From assembly GCA_030141605.1 (NCBI GenBank), contig JAQGDQ010000502.1, forward strand, positions 97,013 to 161,012: a stretch of DNA of 64,000 bases. Reading direction: 5' to 3'. The notes under the pieces are model-generated. The model searched no databases. It was not told where the DNA came from and was given only the letters and a program-made list of their open reading frames with translations. Position numbers and translations under genes: made by a program. This document shows positions 1-11,672 of this stretch, piece by piece; position 1 is the stretch's first letter, and the number at the start of each line of letters is the position of its first letter. This stretch comes from Tubiluchus corallicola. Taxonomy: Eukaryota > Animalia > Priapulida.

Positions 1-702
1 AGTAGCGATAATGTCTCATATCAACATTAACACGTACACATATATCCGGATTGTGTAACAATGACCAGTATGTAACATGATTTGTACACAGATTTAGAAA
101 ACCACTAGGTAATATGATGTAAACTAGATTACAATCAATTATACAACATCATCTGCTGGACAGAGCTAAAGCTCTAACGTAAAGTCAGACTCATATTAAG
201 GGTTGTTATTTACATATCATATTTCAGCTACTACAGAAGTAGCATGAATATTTGAACAGGTTAGGACTGCACCTTCAATTTTCGAGTTTTTACAATTTGT
301 AGAATTATGAGTAAAAGCTAACAGATGCACGTTTGTTAAATTTTAGAGCAAATTTGTTTCAAACGAAATCAGTAAATTTTATTAACGTTTAAGCTCAAAC
401 TGCGTAATGACATTTTTACGAAATATTAGTGAAAGCGGACAATTACTAACAATACTTAAACATGCAAATGAAGAGCCATTTATACACAATGAAGGACAGC
501 TTACTACGTAAGGTCTTGTGAGAAAATCAAGACGTCTGAGGTCATTTCCTACCTTGCAAGTGGGATGTGATTGAATAAAGTGTAACAACTGTGCTAACAA
601 GTACAAAAACTGTACATATATAGTTTACTTACATAATTATACAGTCCCATAATTATTAAATTAGATATCACATTAGTTTTGTTAATTAATTATCTACCAA
701 TA

Positions 703-2877
703 CTATCTCCACGTAGTGTGAAAGTTTCCGCTGTACAAAATATCGTCGTCGTCGCTTTCTATCCCGGAAGGCAACAGCTGCGTCAGTTCCTGATATTCGC
801 CTCTATTGGGCCGTCTCCGATTTTTCCATCGCTGGTTAAACTGACGGATGTAGTTCATCTTGCTTCGAATGAGTACTGAAAAGTATGAAAGAAATGATTC
901 ATTAAATACATCATTGTGTGACAAAACTGATGCATGCTATATCCAGTGACTCAGCAAGCTCAGAAACTAAACTATTTTTTGCATACAATTGTTTTCATAC
1001 ATCCATTAAATACTTGTACACAATTTTTTTGCATACTTTTCTTTCAAAACTGCTTAAGTTTTCAAAACAAAAATATATTTTTTTGACATTTTAGGTAGTA
1101 GGCAGAAAGGTTCTGCTTTGAGTGTTTAGCTATTTTTGTGGGCAAGTGCAAGTAATGCTTTTAATCATCAACCACTATACTAATCATACAACGTCAAGAT
1201 ATGAGCTATAATTATTAATATTTCCTTATTATCCTCACAGTGGACACCTTCAACACAGCACCTGTCACAAACCACTCAGTATATTGGTAACTACAAAAAA
1301 TCGTAAAAATGTTGAAATACTACTATAGCGGTGAAAAGATTTGGCGTGCAACTTGCCAAGACAAGATCCCACACGAGACAGAGATAATTTTGCAGAACCT
1401 AAGTACACACACTGCTTAATATCAGGACTCCTCTTAGAAGATACACATAAACAAAAACAGATCAGCGATTATTGTTCAAGACCAACTATGGATGAGAACT
1501 CCAGTCATAGATATAAAAAGACGGTCATAACACTAAGCTGGGACTGCATGCCTCGGTCAAAGGATTAGTATTTCATGATACTAGAATGAATGAAGTAAGG
1601 ATGAACTAATGGGTTTAGTTAAGGTATTGTTATTTCAAATTGTATATAATCCTTGCATGCCAGTAATAAGGTCTGAAAAGAGTAAAATATATGCAGTCTG
1701 CTGAACCCACTAGCGACCATCACTCATTCACGACAAGGCATTCCATTTGAAACTAAGCGCCACTGCGATTACATTTATTCTAATAGTCTGCTAGTAAGAA
1801 ACACAATTTAATCAAAGCCGGCCACAAAAAATGTTTCTGTATTATCTCATGAGCACAAAACACATCAGTAGGGGAGTAACAATTTTTTTCTTAAAGCTTT
1901 ACGAATGTTTAAAGCTGAATAAAATCAGTTGAATTCAAATTTTGTTTATTTCCCACTGGTTAGCAGTAATGTTATAATTTTTTCAATGCATATTTTTTCG
2001 CACTTTGTTTTTTAGTTTTTTGTTTCGCATTACTAAATTATTGCATAATTATCGATTATCATATAGTCTGTTTTTTATACGATATGAACGTTTGTTCTGA
2101 TAGTTATGGTGTAAACGGCAACACTACCTGGCCGCTAATATGCTGATTTGGCGACAAATACGATACTGTTTGGTCTGCAAAACAATAATCACCATCATCT
2201 AAAATGGCAACTTTGGCCTAAAGATATCTGTAGGAAAACATGGTTATGTTTCGCTGAAACAACAATGTTATAATAATTATTACGTTTTATGGTTTAAATT
2301 AAAAAAATGCGCTGTGATAAGACTGCATCAGGAAATTATTTGAGCATACAAAAAATGATAAAATTCCCGGCTGGGTGAGTGATAAAAAATATTACCTGGG
2401 CGATTAGACGAATTAGCAGTTTTTCCAAGTATTTTTGTTGTCGGCCCAATGTGCAATAAATTGTTTTCAGGATGGAGTCAATGTTTTTGAAAATCAGCTC
2501 TTTATATGGGCAATTTAATGTGTATAAGGTGAGATGATTAATGTCTGTGAAATATCTCAGATGCATCACTACATACCTGATATCTGTTCAAACTTCACAA
2601 CTTGATCGGGTGAGAAAACATTTTCCCGCTCATCGGTGTCATAAAATCGTGTCAGCCATAACCTTGAATGTATCACTGTTACTAAAATCAATAAGCATAA
2701 AAAAATCAAGCTACCGGCAGCCCAGTACTTATCTGAAGCCGGTACTACGAGATTTGCAATGTGGTGGATGCCATGAATCGTTGCGTTCGCCACTAGAGTA
2801 CTGTTCTCAATGGAGGTGGTAGTGGCAATAACAGGATCTGTTATTCTTGTGCTGGAATGGTAACTTCTGATCATCAT
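703..2877 (-). CDS. Uncharacterised single-pass membrane protein, ~157 aa, two coding exons (2577-2877, 703-875)
   Basis: Exon 1 ORF has a Thr/Ser-rich N-terminus with NST/NAT sequons, then a hydrophobic helix (YWAAGSLIFLCLLILVTVI). The donor CAG|GTATGT at 2577/2576 (phase 1) joins in frame to the acceptor ttttcag|TA at 875, giving a basic then acidic tail (…YQELTQLLPSGIESDDDDILY…TWR*). An acceptor at 2938 implies an upstream 5'UTR exon. Confidence 0.7.
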
Positions 2878-4929
2878 GATTCAGTTTTGTAGTTTTTTAC
2901 TAGAATAGCTCCAAGCATTGTATTGCATGCTGTATCACCTGAAATAATATTTATGCAGATTAATGTTTGGTATTATACAGTCAAGTAAAGTCATTATCGT
3001 TTTGTTAACAAAAATTGCAATAGGAACTAAAGAAGGTGCACTTGGTATTCAAGTAGTTGGGTTTTACATTTTCCGATTATAATTAGGGATGAAACAGCTC
3101 TGGTTCCAGATCTACAGATCCTGTAATTTTAATGGAATCGGATTCGGCAAAAAATGTTTGTCGGATTTGGCACTGTTTGTGTTTGTATTTATCTATGTGT
3201 AAAATTAACGAATGCACACAGATTGCGAAAAAAATTAGACCGGGTAAGGAAAAATATACAAAACGGTTCAATTACCCGAATAGGCTTATTTTTCAAAGAA
3301 TTTGACGGATTTCTACAAAAAACTTCAGAAATTTACGAAAACTATTGCTTAGTATTTATGCCACCATGGTTGTAGCACAAATGATGCTCGTAATCTTCAA
3401 GTTTAAATAAAAGAGGAGTTAACACTACAAGCGCTAAGAAGAATTAAAATGGTTGCAATGGTCATGTGACAAAAACTGCAGTGTTTTGTGCCTTGCAGCT
3501 TGAAAGTGCCTAGTAAATGGTAGAGAAGGCGTTGTGAGATACCCAAATCACTGATGCTGTGGTTCCGTCCATCAAAGAGCATGCAAGGATAGTGCTATTG
3601 CGTAACAGCACTCCCATACTCAGTGTGCCGTTAGCAACACCTTTACAGGGCCCTGGGTGATGATGGAGAGCTTCACCTTGAGCATGCTCAGTAATTGATG
3701 ACTGTGCAATTGCACTAATTTATATAATCAGCAGCCTATCTAAGAAAGCTAGGTAGTGCAGTGTACCAGTTTTTGTCAACACCGCAGCACCTGTACATAA
3801 CCATATTATTGTGTCAATAAAGTGTTTATTTTTTACACATACTGGTTATTGTGCAACTAACATTACAAATGACGTAAAAATGTCTCCTAAAAATCCTAGA
3901 AATCTACTTTTTCAAGGACAGATCAACGTGTGCAGTGTTTGTAGTTAAAATTACTCAGTAACCCTGAAAACAAATAGGCGATGCAGCACATGAACAAACG
4001 GCAAAACAAACGAAATATCGTTTACTTCAATTTGTAGATCCGGACCTATGCATCCCTAATTATCATGTCCTGGTGAGTACAGGTGGTTTACTCACCAGTA
4101 AAAAAAGGTTTCACACTTATTTAGCTTTAAGCCAAAATTGACGAAAATACTATATAAATAGGTTTAATTACTCGTAAACTGTAAAGAACAAAATTACCAA
4201 ACATTTTTCCTTAATATTTTGCATATTAACTACACAAAAACCAAAAAAAACGGACTAACCAAGATAAGGACAGATTTACTTTATTCAATTTTGTATAAAG
4301 TAAAATTGCAGCTTCGCATAAAGTACTACTACTACCAAAAACAATTTGAAAGTAACAAACGCAGGGCTTCCTAAACGCAAGTTTACAGCGCTTACCTTCA
4401 TGAAAAATCCGATTTGACAATGTCATTTAAATTAGATCGATGTTTAGCAAATTCCTCAAAGCCAGTGTCACATTTTGCCACATTTGCTTTTACGTTCAGA
4501 AAACTACTCTTAATTTAAAAAACACTGCCTGTCTACCATTTTCAATTTTGACTTGTCAGCACTATGGGCATTCTTCCATAGAATGACGATTGTCAGTGAC
4601 AACGCATTTGCTCACGACCAATTTCATTATCATAGGCAAAACGTTATTAGTACGAGAATTTTTACTGAACATAAAGTTTTTGGTTCATTCGGTTGAAAAA
4701 AATCAGTAACGAATGAGCTCTGTTTTTGTGCTTTTGCAATGCAGTCCGCTCCGACAGTAATAATTTGTAGTTTTTTGTCGTGTCGAACAGAAACAGTTGC
4801 TGCATGGTAGTTAATTTCAATTTTTTTCAATTTCAACAGTTAAGAAACAAAGCTTGTGAAACCATTATGAAATCAAAAGCATCATAAGTAAATTAATATA
4901 ATATTCATATAAATTTGATATAACAGTGT

Positions 4930-5330
4930 ATATAAATGTAATAAACAAATTTAGATGGAAAAGGTGTGTAAGAACTTATATATTTATAGAAAAAGAACTT
5001 AAAACTAAAATAGAAACTATGATAAAATTGACATTTAAAAAAATAAAACCTTCCAAAAACAAATGTATGTCAAAAATGCAGATGAGACGAAATGAAGAAT
5101 AGTATGGCAATTGGCTTAATATTGTAGATGTTAAAGCAAATATTAAAAATCTATATAAAGGGGATCTGAAATGTTCTTTATGTCAGGTAGCAGAGGATAC
5201 TAATGAATTTGAATGTAAAGCTGTGTATATCAACAAATTGGGCCTATCCTTGCAAGGGATAAGTGAGTGAAGCATAGATAAATTACTCTGACTAGGATGT
5301 ATGTTGACAAGCTAATGAAACTAAACATAT
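4930..5330 (+). mobile_element. Degraded 3' fragment of a non-LTR retrotransposon (C-terminal Cys/His motif region)
   Basis: Translates in part as LNIVDVKANIKNLYKGDLKCSLCQVAEDTNEFEC, a paralogue of the fragment at 59410-59790 (MVRVKANYQNKFKGDAKCSLGENKSEDTTEHLLTC). It resembles the C-terminal zinc-knuckle region of LINE ORF2. Boundaries are approximate. Confidence 0.5.
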
Positions 5331-5497
5331 AATTAAAGACGAGTGAACACTGAACAGTAAAGGCAAGTTGACGTTAAAAGATATTTGGTGTGATTCGGAA
5401 AACAAGTTAATCGTGTTATTGATCTCGCAAATAGACGCTTTTTATTGACGTCTGTTTGCTCGCCAGTGGTGGTGAAGAGGATCGAACGTATCCACGG

Positions 5498-5859
5498 TAG
5501 GGGTGAGCATCGAATGTTCGAGTTCTAACGTTTGAATCAAATTGGAACGTTCGAATTCAATTCGAATAATTCAGCACTTCAATCACATACGTTCTTTATC
5601 ATTAAAACTATTGGTACACTATGTGATTAGCATAATTTAGCTGTGATTTCTGTGCACAATTTTAAACAAATTATTAATTTGTAAGTTGCAGAACAAAATT
5701 GAGTTATATCCATGATCTTTGTAAAACTGATTTCTACTGGTGGTTCGAAAATCTTTCAATTCCACTTCGAGTTCGTTCAAACTACTGAAGTTCGATTCGA
5801 AATTCGAAAGTCACAAATTTGATTCGATTTCGCTATCAGGTAGAGCACGCTCGCCCCTA
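5498..5859. mobile_element. hAT-type MITE
   Basis: TIRs TAGGGGTGAGC…GCTCGCCCCTA; 8-bp TSD ATCCACGG / ATCCTCGG (1 mismatch); subterminal arrays of TTCGA(A). Confidence 0.8.
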
Positions 5860-6599
5860 ATCCTCGGTATGAAAAGTGGACAAAAAGCTGATAAATTATC
5901 AAAAGTGAGAATTCACAGAAATAAAGAACAAGATGGACAAAAGAAAGAAGAAAAACGAAGTAGAAAACAGTTCAGCAAAGAAATGTTATGAAAAAGTATG
6001 AAAATGTGAGCGGTAAAGCAAGCAGTTGCTGGATGTACTTTAACTGTCGAACTGTGATTGTGCATGTATATAGACAGCGAGGTGATAGGAAACACAGTCA
6101 GCTAGATTTAAAATTACATGGTTACGAAAAAGGGACTAAATCGAGGAACGGTTTAATTTTTGCAGGTATAATAAAATGGTTATTTGTACGAATAGAACAG
6201 GTCCCTACAGGACAGGTTCAGCGTTTTCAAGCTTGTGGCTACATCTGTTGACTGAAAACGACACTAATCCACGAGAATGCGAATTTAAATTTCATTATAA
6301 GTGATTTTCGAAAATTTACGCGTCTGTCCAACGTATGCTTTGTTGTTATCCAACCTTGATCCTTTCAGCTTTTAATGATTTCTTGAGGTAGGAAAATTAC
6401 ATTTGCTGAAATGCTGATTGTACATTTGGACAGACATGACACTTGTAATCCTGGATTAAATTTTTATTTGCGCAGCTCACTAACATTGCTTACAGGAGAT
6501 TTTACCTATGTAACTGTGGAGTGTGGACACATCAATATAGGAAACTGTACCAGCATGAATTACTGAAGTCAGATATTACAGGTCTGACTGAAAGAGGTA

Positions 6600-6775
6600 G
6601 AAAGAAAGGAACAGTTAAACAAAGAGGGAGAGAAACAGGAGAGACGAGGGGGAACAGAGAGCTAGATAAGTAGGGAGGGGGAGAGAGAGAGAAATGAGGG
6701 AGAGATAAATAGATGGATGGAGGGAGGAGTGAGGGAGGGGAAAGAGAGAGAGAGAGAAAGAGAGAGAGAAGGGAA
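6600..6775. repeat. Purine-rich (GA/GGA)n microsatellite
   Basis: Directly visible GAGAGA/GGAGG runs. Confidence 0.85.
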
Positions 6776-9700
6776 AATATGAATTAAGAATTCTATTTTT
6801 ACATACAGCACTGTGCCATAATTATTTTACGCCTGCACACATCATCAGTTTGAGTCACCCAGTGTAAAGCGACGAGAGTTGTTGAAGAGAGTAGAACTTC
6901 CATTCACGTGTGAATTTAACTCATTATCACCACCCCGTTTGTATAACACACAAACAATCAACACTACTATCGTATACACAAAAAGTACAATCATATCGCA
7001 AATGTACATGGTAATGTACTACGGCAATGAAGGAAAGCCTTGCCACGTACATAGTTACTAAAAATAACTGCCATCCAGTAACAACAGTTAGAGTTTCACG
7101 GTAGGGCCTAATATGCCATGTCACGGTAGATAACCACTTAATGATTACGGTCAGTTTAGAAGCTAGATCGTTCACCTTGCGATGAATTACGGCACTCTGT
7201 TATATAGGTGCACAAAGCAGAAAATGATAACGGACTCTAAACAACCAGTTTTGTGTAAAAGCATTCCAAGCGTGCATGACTAACGTAAATAATATCCTAG
7301 CATTAAACGAGGCATGTTATACTTCAGCGACGTTAATTTAAAAAGTAAATTAAGACTAGAAAAGTGATTTCATTCACTTTTTTTACAAATATATGTACAT
7401 ATAATGAGATAAACACAAAAACGGAACAATATTGTCATAAAAGGATACTACAAATGGCTTATCTTCATCTCTTGTTTATTTTACACACTCGTACTGTGAT
7501 TAGCATTTACAACTCAAACACAAAATGGCACGATTATTTATAAGTACATATTAATAAATTACACAATAGTTATTAACAACAAATGGTTTAAAAAGAAAAT
7601 GCAGCAATGGAATACGACAGACAGTGAAAACCAAATTAAAACTTAATTATAATTATAATATACACCACTTTAATTTCACTGGGGACAACTCCTGTTGTAA
7701 CTGAACTGGACATGTTAAGACAAATTTAGCAAAAGGATAACGATATGATGCAATATTTTTTTGCGATATGCTAGGGATAATGTTAAAGTAATATCGAAAA
7801 ATGACGTACGAAAAAACACTGTATACTATACACTGTACACACATTCAAGCAGTGGTTGTCCGTTGTGCGTATGGCCATTTAGTTAGAAAACAATGACGCA
7901 CTTAATAATAAAAACGCCATTAACACTTCATTAACTATACAGTATTTAAAATTAACATAACTACTGTACACATTCGTTATTAACAGCTTTTGGTGCACTA
8001 TGAAATTACAACCATGGAGTAAGGTACTGTACAAAAAAATTAGGATCTTTTCCCAGTATGTTTCCAAAATAAAATTTACTAAATAAATATTCTTTACATG
8101 TGTAGTATGGTTAATGGATAGATTGTCATACATTGACTACATTCATAATAAACTCTCATCAAAGCACTGCATCTGGAGGCTTCAAGTTTGGAAGCCAAGC
8201 AAAATTTTCCATAACGATGCAGGTGATCAGTAACCCATGAACTGTACAGCCTAGCCCCAGAGCCGGCAAGGCAGAAGAGTATATTTTGCCAAAGTTGCCA
8301 CAAATGAAATTTTCATGTTTTAAGAGGCTACAATCTATTAATTAACTTATCAATTTGACTTATGCAGCAAACAACATTTTTCGAAAAACATCACGCCTTT
8401 GTTATTGTGACTAGCACCAAGCAGTCAACAGATGTTATGTAGGTTGCCCAGTGTACACCAACAACGAACACAGTAAGACATACAATGAACTCACTGCAGT
8501 ATAGCTGATGTATATTTGCTTGTAACTAGACCCAGTGACACACTGATTAGATAACAGCTAATTAGTAGTACCAAAAACCTGAATGAAAGAGCATCGAGTA
8601 CCTCTCCCCCTCTCCCACCTTCACAATCGTGTACAAGTTTCCAGAGCATTCGAGTTCATTAACAGTTGTAACAAGTATTTAGAAGATACAATTATTTTTA
8701 ATTAACACATGTATAATAACAACTAATTATTACAGCAAACACTTAACACATCGCGTATGTGCACTTACAATATTGTGCATTTTATGATAGGACATGATTC
8801 AGGCAAAAATACTTTTTGGCAAGCGATGAAAAACATTTGCAATTAAAACAGTTAAAATCCGACTCTTGCAAACGATTTGCGTTTACCGCTAATAAAACTG
8901 TGCCCGCAACACCCACTTTTGCAGCAGCCCTGTTTGTTAATCAGTGCTATTACTGTAGCTTTCTTGCTACCAGACAAATTAGAAATTCTCAAATAAAGAA
9001 GTAGCAATTCTAACCTCAAAAAATCTGATTTAGTACACGTATTTATGACCAAAGCCGGGAAAAGTACAGCATGCACATCTAAGGACTTCCTGCAGAAACA
9101 GGAAAAACATTCATTTTTAATCTTGTTCTAATTTTGCAACATTTGTAGATGAAACCATAAAAAAGCAGACGGAGTACAGTTTTAATTACTTGAAATAAAA
9201 GTTGGCAATTTACTACCTGACAGTACTTCAGCAGTAATTGTGGTATCATACCTGCCCAAAATAACCACAGGTTCTGTAAAAGGCTTCAGTTGCCAGCTTG
9301 TGCAAAACAAGTGTTATTTTTGTTTCGGTCTTTTCACTACCCTGTCTCTCTTAGAAGTCGCATCATTTGTTAATGCCATGTTGATTATGTTATTGAGACA
9401 AATAAATTATTCTGCATTCTGTATTTGTTTCAAAAAAGCAAAGTGTCTTCAGTGAAGTAAACGAAGTGCAACACAGTTAGTGCTGCAACACAGCTGCCCA
9501 TATTTGGAATGTCAAGGAGACGATTTCCGAACTTACCAGAACTGGACCTACGTGTTAGAGAACGTGAAAAAACAGACTCTGATCCCAGAATAACGAAAAT
9601 ACAGATACCTTAATTTTCAAAATATAAAAATATATAACAACACTACTCAAATAAGCCTATGCTTGATTTTAGCTTGCAAACAAAACATCCTTATGTGGCA

Positions 9701-11672
9701 TCTTGCAGTCAATTTAGCAGACAAAAATATACAAAAGCCTGTTTTTTAATGAAATATATAGCCATCTCCTTTTTTAAAGCCTTCCACCTTTTAAGTTAAC
9801 TGTTGATTGTAAACATATACCAATAATACAAATGTGTGCTTGCATAGCAAAATCGTCCTTAAGCCTGCAATTAACGTTTTCTAGTTATTCACATACCCTG
9901 AATCTCCATTTCATGAGGATCAAGCACATCGCTCCATGTTATTTCTAAGCTGAGATAATCCACGTTGAAGTTGAGAAGCAGTCTATGCAGTGAAAAACGT
10001 AATCTTGAGAAAATCATTGTTAAAGTCAGCCATTGTTTTTTGTCGCGTCTCTACAAGACACTTAGCAACCGTACGAAAGTGTGGTTGCTATGGACTTTGT
10101 AACAGCACAATGAAGTTATGTTTCGGTAGATGGCTGTTCCTGACGAAGATTTGGTCTTGGCAACAGAAAAAACCCGAAGCAAAATGACTGTTTCCACGAG
10201 CTACTATTGGAGTTTGAAAATACAAGTTTTTTTGCAATTGCAGTATTAGTTTATAGGCAGAGAAATGGGCACTGGGTTATAAAATTAAATTTTTAGTATT
10301 TTTTGGACATTTTCTTGATAATCTGTTGCTAGAATATAAAAGTCAAATATATTTAGCATTTCTTTTTATAAAAAACAAAAAATTAACATTAGACCAAAAT
10401 TTTGGTGCATTCTACTTTGAAGCATCATAACGTAGTTTTAACTATGATGACTTATGGACGGTTTTGGTATGAAAGTACATAAATATAAAAATTCTTTTTA
10501 TTCTTAATAATGGAAATACAAATGCAAAATACAACTACCTTAAAATATGCCCAAGCACAGGTAAATTACAAACAGTTGTATCTGATACCATGCTGGAGAT
10601 ATCTGAATTTTTGCAAAAGCAACACTTCAGAGTTTCGCAAATGCCGACAAAACTAGTTCAATGCAACGGATACTAGTAGGCTCTGTTCATTAGACATACA
10701 GTTAATAGAAATGGTCGCCTAATGGACTCAGAAATGTCTGGTATGCGCTGCCATTATTCAAATGTATGTAAAAGGTATATAAAATAGGTAATTATCTCAA
10801 ATAACTCCGCGTAACTGACTCAATATTTTTGCTTCACGTACTTAAAACATGACACTTGTGTGTGATGAAGGAGTTTTCGTTAATTTTATGTCATCTTTTC
10901 TTCACTTTTGTGCACTTTAATATACGTAAAAACAGAAAGGTTAAGTATAACTTTGTTTCAAAGCAGGTTTGTTTATCATGCACTAATAAAAAGCAAAACT
11001 GCCACACCAGCATATTAGACTAATATGCTACTGTGGCAGTTTTGTTTTGAATTTGGCACACTCTCATCTGTTTTAATTAATCTTGCTGCCCAAGAATTTC
11101 TGGAAGCTAAACTTTTAATCACTTACCTAGCCGTTTCGTTTTGAAGCTCTTGCTGCTTTTCGCCGAACATTTAATCAGTTACCTGTTGCTGTTATGCCAG
11201 CAACACAACGGCAGTAATCTGTCAGTATTCTTTGCGACTTTATAAGTGTAAATATGAAATGCAGCTAAGAGCACAGAGTTAATTTTGAAAAGTATAGTAA
11301 AACACAAGCACAAACACCTAATATTTAAAGCTCTAGCAAGAGTGATGTGTTGTACATCAAAGACTAGTAATAATACACCACGTGGGTTAATAGATCCAGT
11401 CAGCTAATTGGGTCAAAACACTTCAATCCCAAAGTGAGAAGTGGGTCTATAAAGCAGGGGTTACTGTATTAAAAATGGGAAAATAGGTGAAATGTCATAT
11501 GCAGAGTTAGCGGAAGATGTGGCCCACGGAAACTGCTTCAACAGACGCAAATTGGAAAAGTACATTTCCTCAAGTTAATAATTACTAACAACATTGGTAC
11601 TGTACAGCTTGTGAACTGTAAAACAATGATTAGAACGTATTTACAAGGACCATTCTTGCGAACACCTCAACA

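Noticed and set aside
3083-3271. 62-aa ORF with a hydrophobic N-terminus as a coding exon of the small membrane-protein gene
   Set aside because: No in-frame splice to the downstream exon, and a stop precedes the 2877 ATG in frame. It is at most a uORF or intronic.
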